A stretch of DNA of 64,000 nt from Dehalococcoidia bacterium (GTDB lineage: Bacteria > Chloroflexota > Dehalococcoidia > SM23-28-2): assembly GCA_030615765.1 (NCBI GenBank), contig JAUWYP010000002.1:82480-146479 (forward strand). Direction: 5' to 3'. This document shows, piece by piece, positions 45,433-54,443 of the stretch. The stretch's first letter is position 1. Each line of letters opens with the position of its first letter. Made by a program: the position numbers and the translations under genes. Below the pieces are notes generated by a model, which made no database searches, was not told the origin of the DNA, and saw only the letters and a program-made list of their open reading frames with translations.

Positions 45433-46731
45433 ATGGCAGACCCCGCCGACACTCCCCTTGCCCTTGATGACATCCGCGTCCTCGACCTGGCGGGCGAGCC
45501 GGGCATGTACTGCGGCAAGCTGCTGGCCGAGCTGGGGGCGGACGTCGTCAAGGTCGAGCCGCCGGGCGGCGACCCGGCGCGTCGCATCGGCCCCTTCTTC
45601 CACGACCAGGTCGACCCCAATAAGAGCCTCTACTTCTTCGGCCTCAACTCCAGCAAGCGCTCCATAACGCTGAACATCGCCACCGCCGATGGCCAGGCTC
45701 TGCTCAAGCGCCTGGTACCCACAGCCGACGTGGTGGTGGAGACCTTCCCGCCGGGCTACTTGGACAGCATCGGCCTGGGCTATACGGACCTCTGCCGCAC
45801 CAAACCCGACATCATCGTCTGCTCCATCAGCGGCTTCGGCCAGTGGGGAACGCACAGCCACTACCAGGCGCCGGACATCGTGGCCACTGCCATGAGCGGC
45901 ATGATGTACCTCGCCGGCTTCCCGGACATCGCTCCCAGCTACCCCTACGGCAATCAGTCACACTACTGCGGCTCCATCCAGGCCACCGCCGGCATCCTCA
46001 TGGCTCTCCTGCATCGGGACGCCACCGGCGAGGGTCAGCAGGTGGAGATCTCCAGGCAGGAGGCGCTCTCCATCAACCAGGAGACAGCCATGCAGTACTG
46101 GGACATCCGCCGCGAGCTCCGTCGGCGGATGGGCGCCGAAAGGCGGATGCCCGGCATAGGCGTGTACGAGTGCAAGGACGGTCACATCATGATGATAGTG
46201 GGCCTGCCTGGCTTTGGCGCCCCCTGGCCTACCCTCATCCAATGGATGGCCGACGAGGGCAAAGCGGAGGACCTTCAGGAGGAGGGATGGCAAAGCGTCC
46301 TCCGCGAGATCAATATGCAGCTCCTAACCCAGCTCGCTGGGCCCGACGCAGACCCCGAGCTGGTGGCCACCTGGAAGGACCGCCTCGCCCACATAGAGGA
46401 GGTTCTGCTCGAGTTCCTCCTTGGACACACCAAGGGGGAGCTATACGAGGAAGGGCAAGCGCGAGGCCTTCTGATCGCTCCTGTCAACAACCCCAAGGAC
46501 ATCGTGGAGAATGCCCAGCTAAACTATCGCCGCTGGTTCACCCCCGTCGAGCACCCCGAATTGGGAACCACTGTCACCTACCCCGGCCCGCCCTATCACC
46601 CGAGCGAGACACCCTGGCACATCCAGCGACGGGCGCCGCAGGTGGGCGAGCACAATGAGGAAGTATACTGCGGCGAGCTGGGCCTATCCAAAGAGCAACT
46701 GACCGCTCTCAGCGGCGCCGGCGTCATCTGA
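45433..46731 (+). CDS. family III (CaiB/BaiF) CoA-transferase
   Basis: IRVLDLAGEPGMYCGKLLAELGADVVKVEPPGGD and the C-terminal family signature GEHNEEVYCGELGLSKEQLTALSGAGVI. AGGAGGA RBS before the ATG at 45433. Confidence 0.85.
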   Translation: MADPADTPLALDDIRVLDLAGEPGMYCGKLLAELGADVVKVEPPGGDPARRIGPFFHDQVDPNKSLYFFGLNSSKRSITLNIATADGQALLKRLVPTADVVVETFPPGYLDSIGLGYTDLCRTKPDIIVCSISGFGQWGTHSHYQAPDIVATAMSGMMYLAGFPDIAPSYPYGNQSHYCGSIQATAGILMALLHRDATGEGQQVEISRQEALSINQETAMQYWDIRRELRRRMGAERRMPGIGVYECKDGHIMMIVGLPGFGAPWPTLIQWMADEGKAEDLQEEGWQSVLREINMQLLTQLAGPDADPELVATWKDRLAHIEEVLLEFLLGHTKGELYEEGQARGLLIAPVNNPKDIVENAQLNYRRWFTPVEHPELGTTVTYPGPPYHPSETPWHIQRRAPQVGEHNEEVYCGELGLSKEQLTALSGAGVI

Positions 46732-46751
46732 GGCGGAAGGAGGTCAGCCCC

Positions 46752-47873
46752 ATGCAGGCCAATAAGCCACCCCTGGAAGGCATCCGAGTGGCCGACTTCT
46801 CCTGGTTCGCAGCCGGGCCCGTCTACACCGCGATACTGGCTAACCACGGCGCCCAGGTCATCCGTATAGAATCGCAGTCGCGCATCGATGGCCTGCGCGT
46901 GCTTCACCCCCAGCCCGAGGGCAAGTATGGCTGGAACACGAGCGGCTGGTACAACAACTGCAACCCCAGCAAGCTCTCCTTTACGGTGAGCATGAGGCAC
47001 CCCAAGGCGCTCGACGTCGTTCTGCGCCTCATCGCCAGGAGCGACATCGTCGCCGAGAACTACACGCCGGGCACCCTGGAGAAGTGGGGCCTCACCTACG
47101 AAAAGATGCAGGAGCTGAAGCCAGATATCATCTTTGTGCGGGAGCCCATGCAGGGCAGCGATGGCCCGCACGCTCACTACGCCGGCTTTGGCGCCATGAT
47201 TGCGCCCCTGGCCGGTATCAATTACCTCACCGGCCCCCCTGATCGTCGGCCTGTGGGAATGGGCACTCAGTACACTGACTACGTGATCAACCCTGGCCAT
47301 GCCGTCATCGCCACCCTGGCCGCCCTGCACTACCGCAACCGCACAGGCAAGGGACAGCTTATCGAGCTGGCCCAATTGGAATCCTCCGTTTCCATCCTTG
47401 GAACAGCCCTTATGGACTATGCCGTCAACGGCCGCGTTCAGACCAGCCAGGGCAACCGTCTCCCCCACGCTGCTCCTCACGGCGCTTTCCCCTGCCAGGG
47501 CGAAGACCGCTGGTGCGTCATCGCCGTCTTCAGCGACGACCAGTGGCGGGCCCTCTGTCGGGCAATGGCCGACCCCCAGTGGTGCCACGAGGAGCGATTC
47601 GCCACCCTTCAGGCCCGCAAGCAGAACGAGGACGAGCTCGACCGACTGGTCGAGGGCTGGACCAGCACCAGGACAGCCGAGGATGTGATGAAGGCTCTCC
47701 AGACGGCGGGCGTGGCCGCCGGCGTTGTCCAGAACGCCCGGGATGTGCTGGAGAACGACCCCCACCTCAAGGAGCGCGGCTACTACGTCTACCTCGATCA
47801 CCCCGAGGCCGGCCGCACCGCCTACGACGGCCCCGGCTTCCGCCTGTCCAAAACACCGGGCAAGCTCCAGTAG
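46752..47873 (+). CDS. family III (CaiB/BaiF) CoA-transferase, ended by an in-frame TAG before the conserved C-terminus
   Basis: IRVADFSWFAAGPVYTAILANHGAQVIRIES. After the TAG at 47871 the same frame continues for 34 codons, PAPCLGEHTERVCKDVLQMDDEEIAQLVIEGVLF, to the TAG at 47976. Confidence 0.8.
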   Translation: MQANKPPLEGIRVADFSWFAAGPVYTAILANHGAQVIRIESQSRIDGLRVLHPQPEGKYGWNTSGWYNNCNPSKLSFTVSMRHPKALDVVLRLIARSDIVAENYTPGTLEKWGLTYEKMQELKPDIIFVREPMQGSDGPHAHYAGFGAMIAPLAGINYLTGPPDRRPVGMGTQYTDYVINPGHAVIATLAALHYRNRTGKGQLIELAQLESSVSILGTALMDYAVNGRVQTSQGNRLPHAAPHGAFPCQGEDRWCVIAVFSDDQWRALCRAMADPQWCHEERFATLQARKQNEDELDRLVEGWTSTRTAEDVMKALQTAGVAAGVVQNARDVLENDPHLKERGYYVYLDHPEAGRTAYDGPGFRLSKTPGKLQ

Positions 47874-48015
47874 CCGGCACCCTGCCTAGGGGAGCACACA
47901 GAGCGGGTGTGCAAGGATGTCCTCCAGATGGACGACGAGGAGATAGCCCAACTGGTGATAGAGGGCGTGCTGTTCTAGCCCAAGCCGTCTGGTTGTCTTA
48001 CGAGGGAGATATACC

Positions 48016-49659
48016 ATGGCCCTTGTTGATGGCGGCGATTTGGTGGCCCGATGCCTCAGGCAGGAAGGGGTGGATGTCATCTTCACCCTCTGCGGCGGCC
48101 ACGTCCAGGCCATCTACGACGCCTGCATCGATGAGAACATCAAGGTGATCGACGTCCGCCACGAGCAGGCGGCCGGCCACGCCGCCGAGGGCTGGTCGCG
48201 GGCCACCCGCAAGTGCGGCGTGGCGGTGGTCACCGCCGGCCCCGGCGTCACCGACGTGGTCACCGCCGTCGCCAACGCCTATCAGAACCGCAGCCCCATG
48301 CTGGTCATCGGCGGCCGCAGCCCCCTGATCGAATTCGAGAAGGGCGCCCTCCAGGAGATGGACCAGGTGGAGTTCCTGCGACCCCTGACCAAGTGGGCCC
48401 GCTGCCTGTACGACACCGCACGCATCCCCGAGTACATGGCCATAGCCTTCCGCCACGCCCTTAGCGGCCGCTACGGCCCCGTCTTCCTGGAGATGCCCGC
48501 GGACATACTCTTTTCGCGGGTGGAGGAGAACGAGGTCACCTTCCCCTCCAGCTACCGGCCCCAGGGACGCGTCCAGGCCGACGCCAGCATCGTCCGCCAG
48601 GCGGCCCAGCTCCTGGCCTCAGCCGAGCAGCCGTTGGTCATGGCCGGCAGCCTCGTCTACTGGTCGGACGCCCACGATGCCTTGCGTCAGCTCATCGAAA
48701 GGATCCAGTCGCCCGTCTACCTGAACGCCATGGCGCGCGGCTCCGTCCGGCAGGATCACCCCCTGTTCTTCTCCCGCACCCGTCGCGGTGCCCTGGCCCG
48801 CGCCGACGTCATCCTCATCATCGGCACCCCCCTGGACTTCCGCCTGGCCTATGGCAAGCGATTCAACCCTCAGGCCAAGATCATCCAGGTGGACATCGAC
48901 CCCACGGAGCTCGGCCGTAATCGCGACATCGACGTGTGCGTCGAGGGCGATGCCGGCGCCGTCCTGGAGCAACTGCTCGCCGAGCTGGGCGACGGTAGGC
49001 CCGACCACGGTAGCTGGCTGAAGACCCTGCGCGAGGAGGAGGAGAAGACCCTGGCCACCCGCCAGGAGTTCCTTAACTCCGATGCCGTCCCCATCCACCC
49101 TCTGCGCCTGTGCAAGGAGATGGCCGAGTTCGTGGACGAGAACACCATCGTCATCGGCGATGGCGGCGACATCGTCAACCTCGCCGCCCAGGTGCTGCCC
49201 ATCAACTACCCTGGCCAGTGGTACGACCCCGGCCCCATGGGGACGCTGGGCGTTGGCACCGGCTTCGCCATGGCGGTGAAAACGGCCCTCCCCGAGAAGA
49301 AGGTCCTGATGGTCAACGGCGACGGCACCTTCGGCCTCAATGGCTTCGAATTCGACACCTTCGTCCGCTTCGACCTGCCCATAGTCTCCGTCGTGGGCAA
49401 CGACCGCCAGTGGGGCCAGATCGCCGTCGGCCAGCGGATGATGTACGGCCGCGACCGGGCCATCGCCACCCTCCTAGGGGATAGCGCCCGCTACGACAAG
49501 GTGGTGGAAGGCCTGGGCGGCCACGGGGAGTTCGTGGAGCGGCCCCAGGACATCCGGCCGGCCATCGAGCGGGCCTTCGCCTCGGGCAAGCCGGCCTGCG
49601 TCAATGTCATCACCGACCCCGATCCAGCGGGCATCCGCGGCGGCTACCAGTTCATGTAA
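48016..49659 (+). CDS. TPP-dependent enzyme, oxalyl-CoA decarboxylase / 2-hydroxyacyl-CoA lyase-like
   Basis: VRHEQAAGHAAEGWSRATRKCGVAVVTAGPGVTDVVTAVANAY and GDGTFGLNGFEFDT...VVGNDRQWG. The subfamily assignment leans on the adjacency to CoA-transferases. Confidence 0.75.
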   Translation: MALVDGGDLVARCLRQEGVDVIFTLCGGHVQAIYDACIDENIKVIDVRHEQAAGHAAEGWSRATRKCGVAVVTAGPGVTDVVTAVANAYQNRSPMLVIGGRSPLIEFEKGALQEMDQVEFLRPLTKWARCLYDTARIPEYMAIAFRHALSGRYGPVFLEMPADILFSRVEENEVTFPSSYRPQGRVQADASIVRQAAQLLASAEQPLVMAGSLVYWSDAHDALRQLIERIQSPVYLNAMARGSVRQDHPLFFSRTRRGALARADVILIIGTPLDFRLAYGKRFNPQAKIIQVDIDPTELGRNRDIDVCVEGDAGAVLEQLLAELGDGRPDHGSWLKTLREEEEKTLATRQEFLNSDAVPIHPLRLCKEMAEFVDENTIVIGDGGDIVNLAAQVLPINYPGQWYDPGPMGTLGVGTGFAMAVKTALPEKKVLMVNGDGTFGLNGFEFDTFVRFDLPIVSVVGNDRQWGQIAVGQRMMYGRDRAIATLLGDSARYDKVVEGLGGHGEFVERPQDIRPAIERAFASGKPACVNVITDPDPAGIRGGYQFM

Positions 49660-49795
49660 TGAACGCCCTGCCCTTGCATCTGCCCCCGCGTGTGGCTCGG
49701 GCCAACCTGGACGCTAGCCACGGAAATACAGTAACATCCCCCTTGGCATTAAGCCTGTTGAGCAGAGGTAAAGGCAGCAGTAGTGGAGAGGCAGT

Positions 49796-50548
49796 ATGGA
49801 TGTACAAGACAAGGTGGCCGTGGTCACCGGCGCCAGCCGCGGTATCGGTAAGGCAATAGCCGTCGCGCTAGCCGCTGCCGGCGCCGACGTCGTCTGCACC
49901 GCCCGCTCCAGTGAGGCCAGCCCATCCAAGCTTCCCGGCACCATCGACCAGACCGCCCGCGAGGTCGAGGCCCTGGGCCGTCGTGCCCTGGCCATCCCCA
50001 TGAACCTCGCCAAGGACGAAGAGGTAGAGGCGATGGCCCGCCGCACCCTGGCGGAGTTCGGGCGGATAGACATTCTGGTGAACAACGCCGCCGTCAGCGC
50101 TCCCGGCTCCTTCCTGGACGTTCCGCTGAAGCACTGGGACCTGGTGATGAACGTTAACGTGCGGGGCATCTACCTCTGCATCAGGGCCTTTCTGCCCACG
50201 ATGATGGATCAGCGCAGCGGCTGCATCATCAACATCTCCTCCTACGCCTCCCAGGCGGAGGGAAACTGGGGCCTGGCCTACTCCGTGTCCAAGGCAGCCC
50301 TGGAGAGGCTGACCACCGGCCTGGCCGCCGAGGTGCAGCCCTACAACATCGCCGTCAACGCCCTTCAGATCGAGCGCTTCGTGGCTAGTGAGGGTTTTGT
50401 ATACCTTACCCCCAGCGCCGATCACTCCACCTGGGACAAGCCGGAAGTGGTGGGCGAGGCCACCCTCTGGCTGATCAGCCGCGACCCCACCTACAGCGGC
50501 CACGTGGTTACCCTAGGCGACATCGAGCACCAGCGGGCTCAGGCCTGA
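49796..50548 (+). CDS. short-chain dehydrogenase/reductase
   Basis: TGASRGIGKAIA, NNAA and YSVSKAAL motifs. Confidence 0.85.
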   Translation: MDVQDKVAVVTGASRGIGKAIAVALAAAGADVVCTARSSEASPSKLPGTIDQTAREVEALGRRALAIPMNLAKDEEVEAMARRTLAEFGRIDILVNNAAVSAPGSFLDVPLKHWDLVMNVNVRGIYLCIRAFLPTMMDQRSGCIINISSYASQAEGNWGLAYSVSKAALERLTTGLAAEVQPYNIAVNALQIERFVASEGFVYLTPSADHSTWDKPEVVGEATLWLISRDPTYSGHVVTLGDIEHQRAQA

Positions 50549-50617
50549 GAGCGCCGAGCGCCTGTCAGCCGCGCAAACCGACCACCGTTAGCAATCGGCC
50601 ACTCAGCTTGGGGGGCG

Positions 50618-51028
50618 TCAAGCTGATCCAGCGCTCCTGGGGGCGTGCTCCTTCACGTAGGCCACGATGTCCGCCAGCTTCGCGCCCGGCCGAAAGATCT
50701 CCCTCACGCCCATGGCCTTCAGCTTGGGAATGTCCCTCCTGGGGATGATGCCTCCCACCACCACCTGAACGTGCTCCAATCCCCGCTCCTTCAGCCGCTC
50801 CATCAGCAGGGAAATCATAAGACGCGGCTCGCGGTCCATGATGCGGTAGCCGACATAGTCCACGTCTTCCTGGGCCGCCGCCTCCACGATGCCTGACGGC
50901 TGCTGGAAGCCGCCCAGGATCACCTCGATGCCGGCCTCCCGCAGCGCTCTCGCGACCACGTAGTAGCCAGTGGTGTGACCGGGGGAGTCGGCCACCAGCA
51001 GAAAGCGGATCTTCCTTTCCTCTGTCAT
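50618..51028 (-). CDS. acyl-CoA mutase small subunit (B12-binding domain)
   Basis: Aligns with the mutase B12-binding domain (..VVARALREAGIEVI..G..Q.P..IV..A.QEDVD.VG......VVGGIIP..DIP.LK..GV.EIF.PG). Confidence 0.8.
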   Translation of the reverse strand: MTEERKIRFLLVADSPGHTTGYYVVARALREAGIEVILGGFQQPSGIVEAAAQEDVDYVGYRIMDREPRLMISLLMERLKERGLEHVQVVVGGIIPRRDIPKLKAMGVREIFRPGAKLADIVAYVKEHAPRSAGSA

Positions 51029-51151
51029 GACTCCTTCCAGAGGATCGTAGCTGCAGGGCTTCAGCCCTGCCCGGGGAGCCGGACCAGACCTGCAGGTCTG
51101 CGGCCACGCTCGGACTACTTCATGAACACGGATGCTACCCTAATCTTAGCC

Positions 51152-52837
51152 TCAATACAGGAAGCTCAAGTAGAAGCCGTGGCGCTTCTCCAGCTCATCC
51201 ATGCCGTACACTGCCGCCAGTAGCTCGACGATCTCGCCGATGCTCAGATAGGCCTGCACCGCCTCCATCATCGGCTCGACGATATTCTCCCTGGCCTTAT
51301 AGGCCTCCACCAGCCGCTTCTTGGCCGCCTCCGCCTTCGGAGCGTCGCGTTCCCGCTTCACCTTCTCCAGGCGAGCGATCTGCTTGTCCCGCCAGGTGGT
51401 GTCGTACTCGAAGACCTGGCTGATGTCCAGCCCCAATGCCTTCTCCTCTTCTTCATCCATCACGTAGCAGTTGACCCCTACCACCGCCCTTTCGCCGCTA
51501 TCGATGGCCTGCTGGCGGCGGTAGCCCGCCTGGTGCGCCTCTTCCCATATGTAGGCCCAGGCCTTCTCCCCATCCATCGCCTCCAGGTGGGCCAGGAGCT
51601 TTCCCGCCTCATCCTCCAGCTGGCTGGTCAGGGCCTCGATGCAGTAGGAGCCTCCCAGAGGGTCGACAACGGCGGCCGCGTCCGTCTCCTGGAGGATGAT
51701 CTGCTGAGTGCGGAGAGAGAGGATGGCCGCCGCCTCGGTGGGGATGGCGAGCACTTCATCAAAAGAGTTGACCGACATGGACTGAGCGCCGCCAAGCACG
51801 GCGGCCAGCGCGTGGACCGTGGAGCGAATGATATTCTGCAGCGGCTGCTGGGCGGTGAGGCTGATGGCCGAGGTCTGGACGTGAAAGCGCATCAGCCAGG
51901 AGCGCGGGTCTTTGGCTCCGAACCGCTCGCGCATCAGGCGGGCCCACATGCGCCGCGCCGCCCGATACTTGGCCACCTCCTCCAGGAACTCATCCTCGGC
52001 GCTCAGGAAGAACGTCACGCGAGGGGCTACGACGTCGATGTCGATCCCTCGGGCCAGAGCTGCCTTCGTTGTGCACACTCCCCCGTAGATAGCCATGGCG
52101 ATCTCCTGCACCGAGGAGATGCCCTGCTCACGGATGTCGCGAGCGGATACGCTGGTGTGATTCCAGCGAGGCAGGTGGCGGCAGCAGTACTCGACCACAT
52201 CCACGCCGTGGTTGCCCCGCAGTTCCGGCCCTTCACCGCCCGGCAAGACCACGTTCTGAATGGTGCCCCGCAGGTTGGCGAAGGGGATGCCCCGCCGCCG
52301 CACCTCTGAGAGGATCATGGCGAAGATCGCCACCGACTCGCCGATCTGGTTGATCGTGATCTGCTCCATATCGATGCCCTGGAACAGGGTCTCGATGTCG
52401 TACAGGGTATCGATCCAGACGCCGCCGCGACCCAGAATCCCCAGCGACCGCTCATCGCTGGATTCATAGGGAGCATAGCCCATGCCGCACACGCTGAAGC
52501 CCGTCTGGCCCTGCTCGAACAGGTAGCGCAGCCTCTCATTGGTCTCCTCGGCCGTGCCCAGCCCCACCACCTGCCGCCGCGCCCATTCCTTGGTGCGATA
52601 GCCCAAGGGCCTCACCCCGCGGGTCAGGGGGTAGCCGCCGGGAAAGCCCAGGTCGCGCAGGTAGTCGGTGCCGGCGACGTCCAGCGGTGTGTAGAGGGGC
52701 TTGAGGGGCAGGCCGAAGGTCGTCCGTCTCTCAGGCACCTGAGGGTAGCGGCTCAAGAACTGGGCAGCCAGCCTCTCGTACTCCTCCTGTGCCCTCTCGA
52801 TCTCTCGAAGCTTCTCCTCCTCAGACATACAGCTCAC
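51152..52837 (-). CDS. methylmalonyl-CoA-mutase-family large (catalytic) subunit, divergent
   Basis: PGGYPLTRG, RQVVGLGTAEETNERLRYL, TIQN, EVAKYRAARRMWA, HVQTS, and QSMSVNSFDEVLAIPT. Confidence 0.8.
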   Translation of the reverse strand: MSCMSEEEKLREIERAQEEYERLAAQFLSRYPQVPERRTTFGLPLKPLYTPLDVAGTDYLRDLGFPGGYPLTRGVRPLGYRTKEWARRQVVGLGTAEETNERLRYLFEQGQTGFSVCGMGYAPYESSDERSLGILGRGGVWIDTLYDIETLFQGIDMEQITINQIGESVAIFAMILSEVRRRGIPFANLRGTIQNVVLPGGEGPELRGNHGVDVVEYCCRHLPRWNHTSVSARDIREQGISSVQEIAMAIYGGVCTTKAALARGIDIDVVAPRVTFFLSAEDEFLEEVAKYRAARRMWARLMRERFGAKDPRSWLMRFHVQTSAISLTAQQPLQNIIRSTVHALAAVLGGAQSMSVNSFDEVLAIPTEAAAILSLRTQQIILQETDAAAVVDPLGGSYCIEALTSQLEDEAGKLLAHLEAMDGEKAWAYIWEEAHQAGYRRQQAIDSGERAVVGVNCYVMDEEEEKALGLDISQVFEYDTTWRDKQIARLEKVKRERDAPKAEAAKKRLVEAYKARENIVEPMMEAVQAYLSIGEIVELLAAVYGMDELEKRHGFYLSFLY

Positions 52838-52945
52838 CTCTCCGCAACCGAAGCCTGTCCGGCCTCGCCATTATAATAGACCTGACCGTCCAAGCTGTGG
52901 CTCTCTCCTGGATCTCCTGGGGTCGGGGCTTGCAGCCATAAGAAT

Positions 52946-52974
52946 CCCACGGTCCGCCAGAACGGAGCCGTGGG
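52946..52974 (-). terminator. stem-loop after the acyltransferase gene
   Basis: cccacgg..ccgtggg stem with an inner tccg/cgga extension. On the minus strand it is followed by attcttat. The T-tract is weak. Confidence 0.4.
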
Positions 52975-53007
52975 CTCAGAACCTAAGATGCCGCCCGCGC
53001 TTCGCCC

Positions 53008-53928
53008 CTACTCCTCGCCCGGCCACATGTCGCGGAAGACGTACCACTGGTCGGGGTAGCGCCGAACAAAGCGCTCGAAGATGTCCACCAGTTGCTGAGT
53101 CAGGTCGCGAATGTCCTCCTCAGCATCCTTTGTCCTGTCGGAGAGAATGGGAGGGCTACCGTAGGCGATGAAGCGATTGCCGGGCCGCCGCACCGCCACC
53201 CCGAACACAATAGGAGCACCGCTGATGCGAGCCAGGCGGGCCGGGCCAGCGGGAAAGTAGGTGGGGTGACCCAAGAAGTTCACCGGCACGCCACCGTTGT
53301 CCCGATAGCCCACGTCCACTATCAGGGCCACCATCTCCTCCCGACGGAGTGCCCGCAGTAGCTGCAGACCGGTTCCAGCCGTCGGCAGCAGCGACACCCC
53401 CATCTTCGCCCGGCAGGTCACGATCCAGTCCATCATAATCTTAGGCCGCAACTGCTCCATGACGGAGGTAATGCGAAAGCCCCTCGCCAAAACCAGAGAG
53501 CTACCCACTTCGATGCTACCCATGTGGGCGCTGGCGAAGATGACCCCTTTGCCGTACCGCAGCGCCTCGTCGAAGTGCTCGTCGCCCCGGATGGTCACCC
53601 GCTGGAACTGCCCCCTCGACCAGCCCTGCACATGCAAGAGCTCGACGATGTACTTACCAAAGTTGCGGAAGGAGCTGCGGGCCAGGCGCCGAACCCTTTC
53701 GTCATCGGGCGAGCAGTCGAGCATGCGGGCATAGTTTCGCAAAGCGCCCTCTCGCTTGCTGGTCCAAAGCCAGTAGAACAGGTCGGCGATGGGCAGGGAG
53801 ACATGGTAGGCCAGGCTCAGAGGCACCACCTTGGCCAGAGCCACGTTCGCCGGGTACAGCCATGACTCCACCATCCCATGGTGCCTATCTTGGGACAATG
53901 CTACCCCCTCTTCGATGTTGGCTGCCAT
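53008..53928 (-). CDS. LpxL/HtrB/PatA-type lipid acyltransferase (LPLAT superfamily)
   Basis: About 300 aa with an N-terminal hydrophobic segment and the family's layout (..FASAHMGSIE....V..LP..GG....). Called by overall resemblance. Confidence 0.7.
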   Translation of the reverse strand: MAANIEEGVALSQDRHHGMVESWLYPANVALAKVVPLSLAYHVSLPIADLFYWLWTSKREGALRNYARMLDCSPDDERVRRLARSSFRNFGKYIVELLHVQGWSRGQFQRVTIRGDEHFDEALRYGKGVIFASAHMGSIEVGSSLVLARGFRITSVMEQLRPKIMMDWIVTCRAKMGVSLLPTAGTGLQLLRALRREEMVALIVDVGYRDNGGVPVNFLGHPTYFPAGPARLARISGAPIVFGVAVRRPGNRFIAYGSPPILSDRTKDAEEDIRDLTQQLVDIFERFVRRYPDQWYVFRDMWPGEE

Positions 53929-53993
53929 CTTCGCTCCAGCGCCTCCCTAAGCAAACGACCAATCGTCCTCGCCAACGCCACAGTGTTCTGCGA

Positions 53994-54440
53994 TCAGGGT
54001 CGTCGCTCTGCGTATATCTCCTCCAGCTCCCGCACTTTCTCTTTGGGCAGTCGCATGAACAATCCATACGACTCCGCCATCAGCCTTCCTTCCTCGCTAC
54101 GGATCTCCCCCCGCACTTCCAACCAGCGGCCGCGGTTGCGTATGACCTCTCCCGAGACCGTCGCCTTTTGATGCAGCGGCAGCGGCTGGCGGAACTTCAC
54201 CTCCATCTTGCCGGTCATCGCCCACACGCCGACCCCATACATCGCCCAGCCCATGGCCTCGTCCAGAGCGGCAGACGTCACGCCGCCATGCATAAGGCCA
54301 GGATATCCCTGATGCTTACCCTGGGGCAGGAAATCGGCCACCGCCTTGTCTCCCTCGAAACGAAACTCCAGCTTTAGACCGGCGGGATTGAGGTCGCCGC
54401 AACCGAAGCAATACCGTCTGGCAGCGATTCCCCCTGGCAT
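53994..54440 (-). CDS. PaaI-type hotdog-fold thioesterase
   Basis: CFGCG..NP.GL...F......V.......H.G.PG..HGG..SA.LDEAMG. Confidence 0.75.
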   Translation of the reverse strand: MPGGIAARRYCFGCGDLNPAGLKLEFRFEGDKAVADFLPQGKHQGYPGLMHGGVTSAALDEAMGWAMYGVGVWAMTGKMEVKFRQPLPLHQKATVSGEVIRNRGRWLEVRGEIRSEEGRLMAESYGLFMRLPKEKVRELEEIYAERRP

Positions 54441-54443
54441 GTC

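Noticed and set aside
47871-47873. TAG as pyrrolysine or a genome-wide reassigned codon
   Set aside because: TAG is used as an ordinary terminator by several neighbouring well-defined genes (the stomatin-like gene at 1503-1505, fabD at 17237-17239, fabG at 17964-17966, birA, murE), and no pyl genes are in the window. Local read-through or a nonsense mutation remain possible and are reported as a finding.
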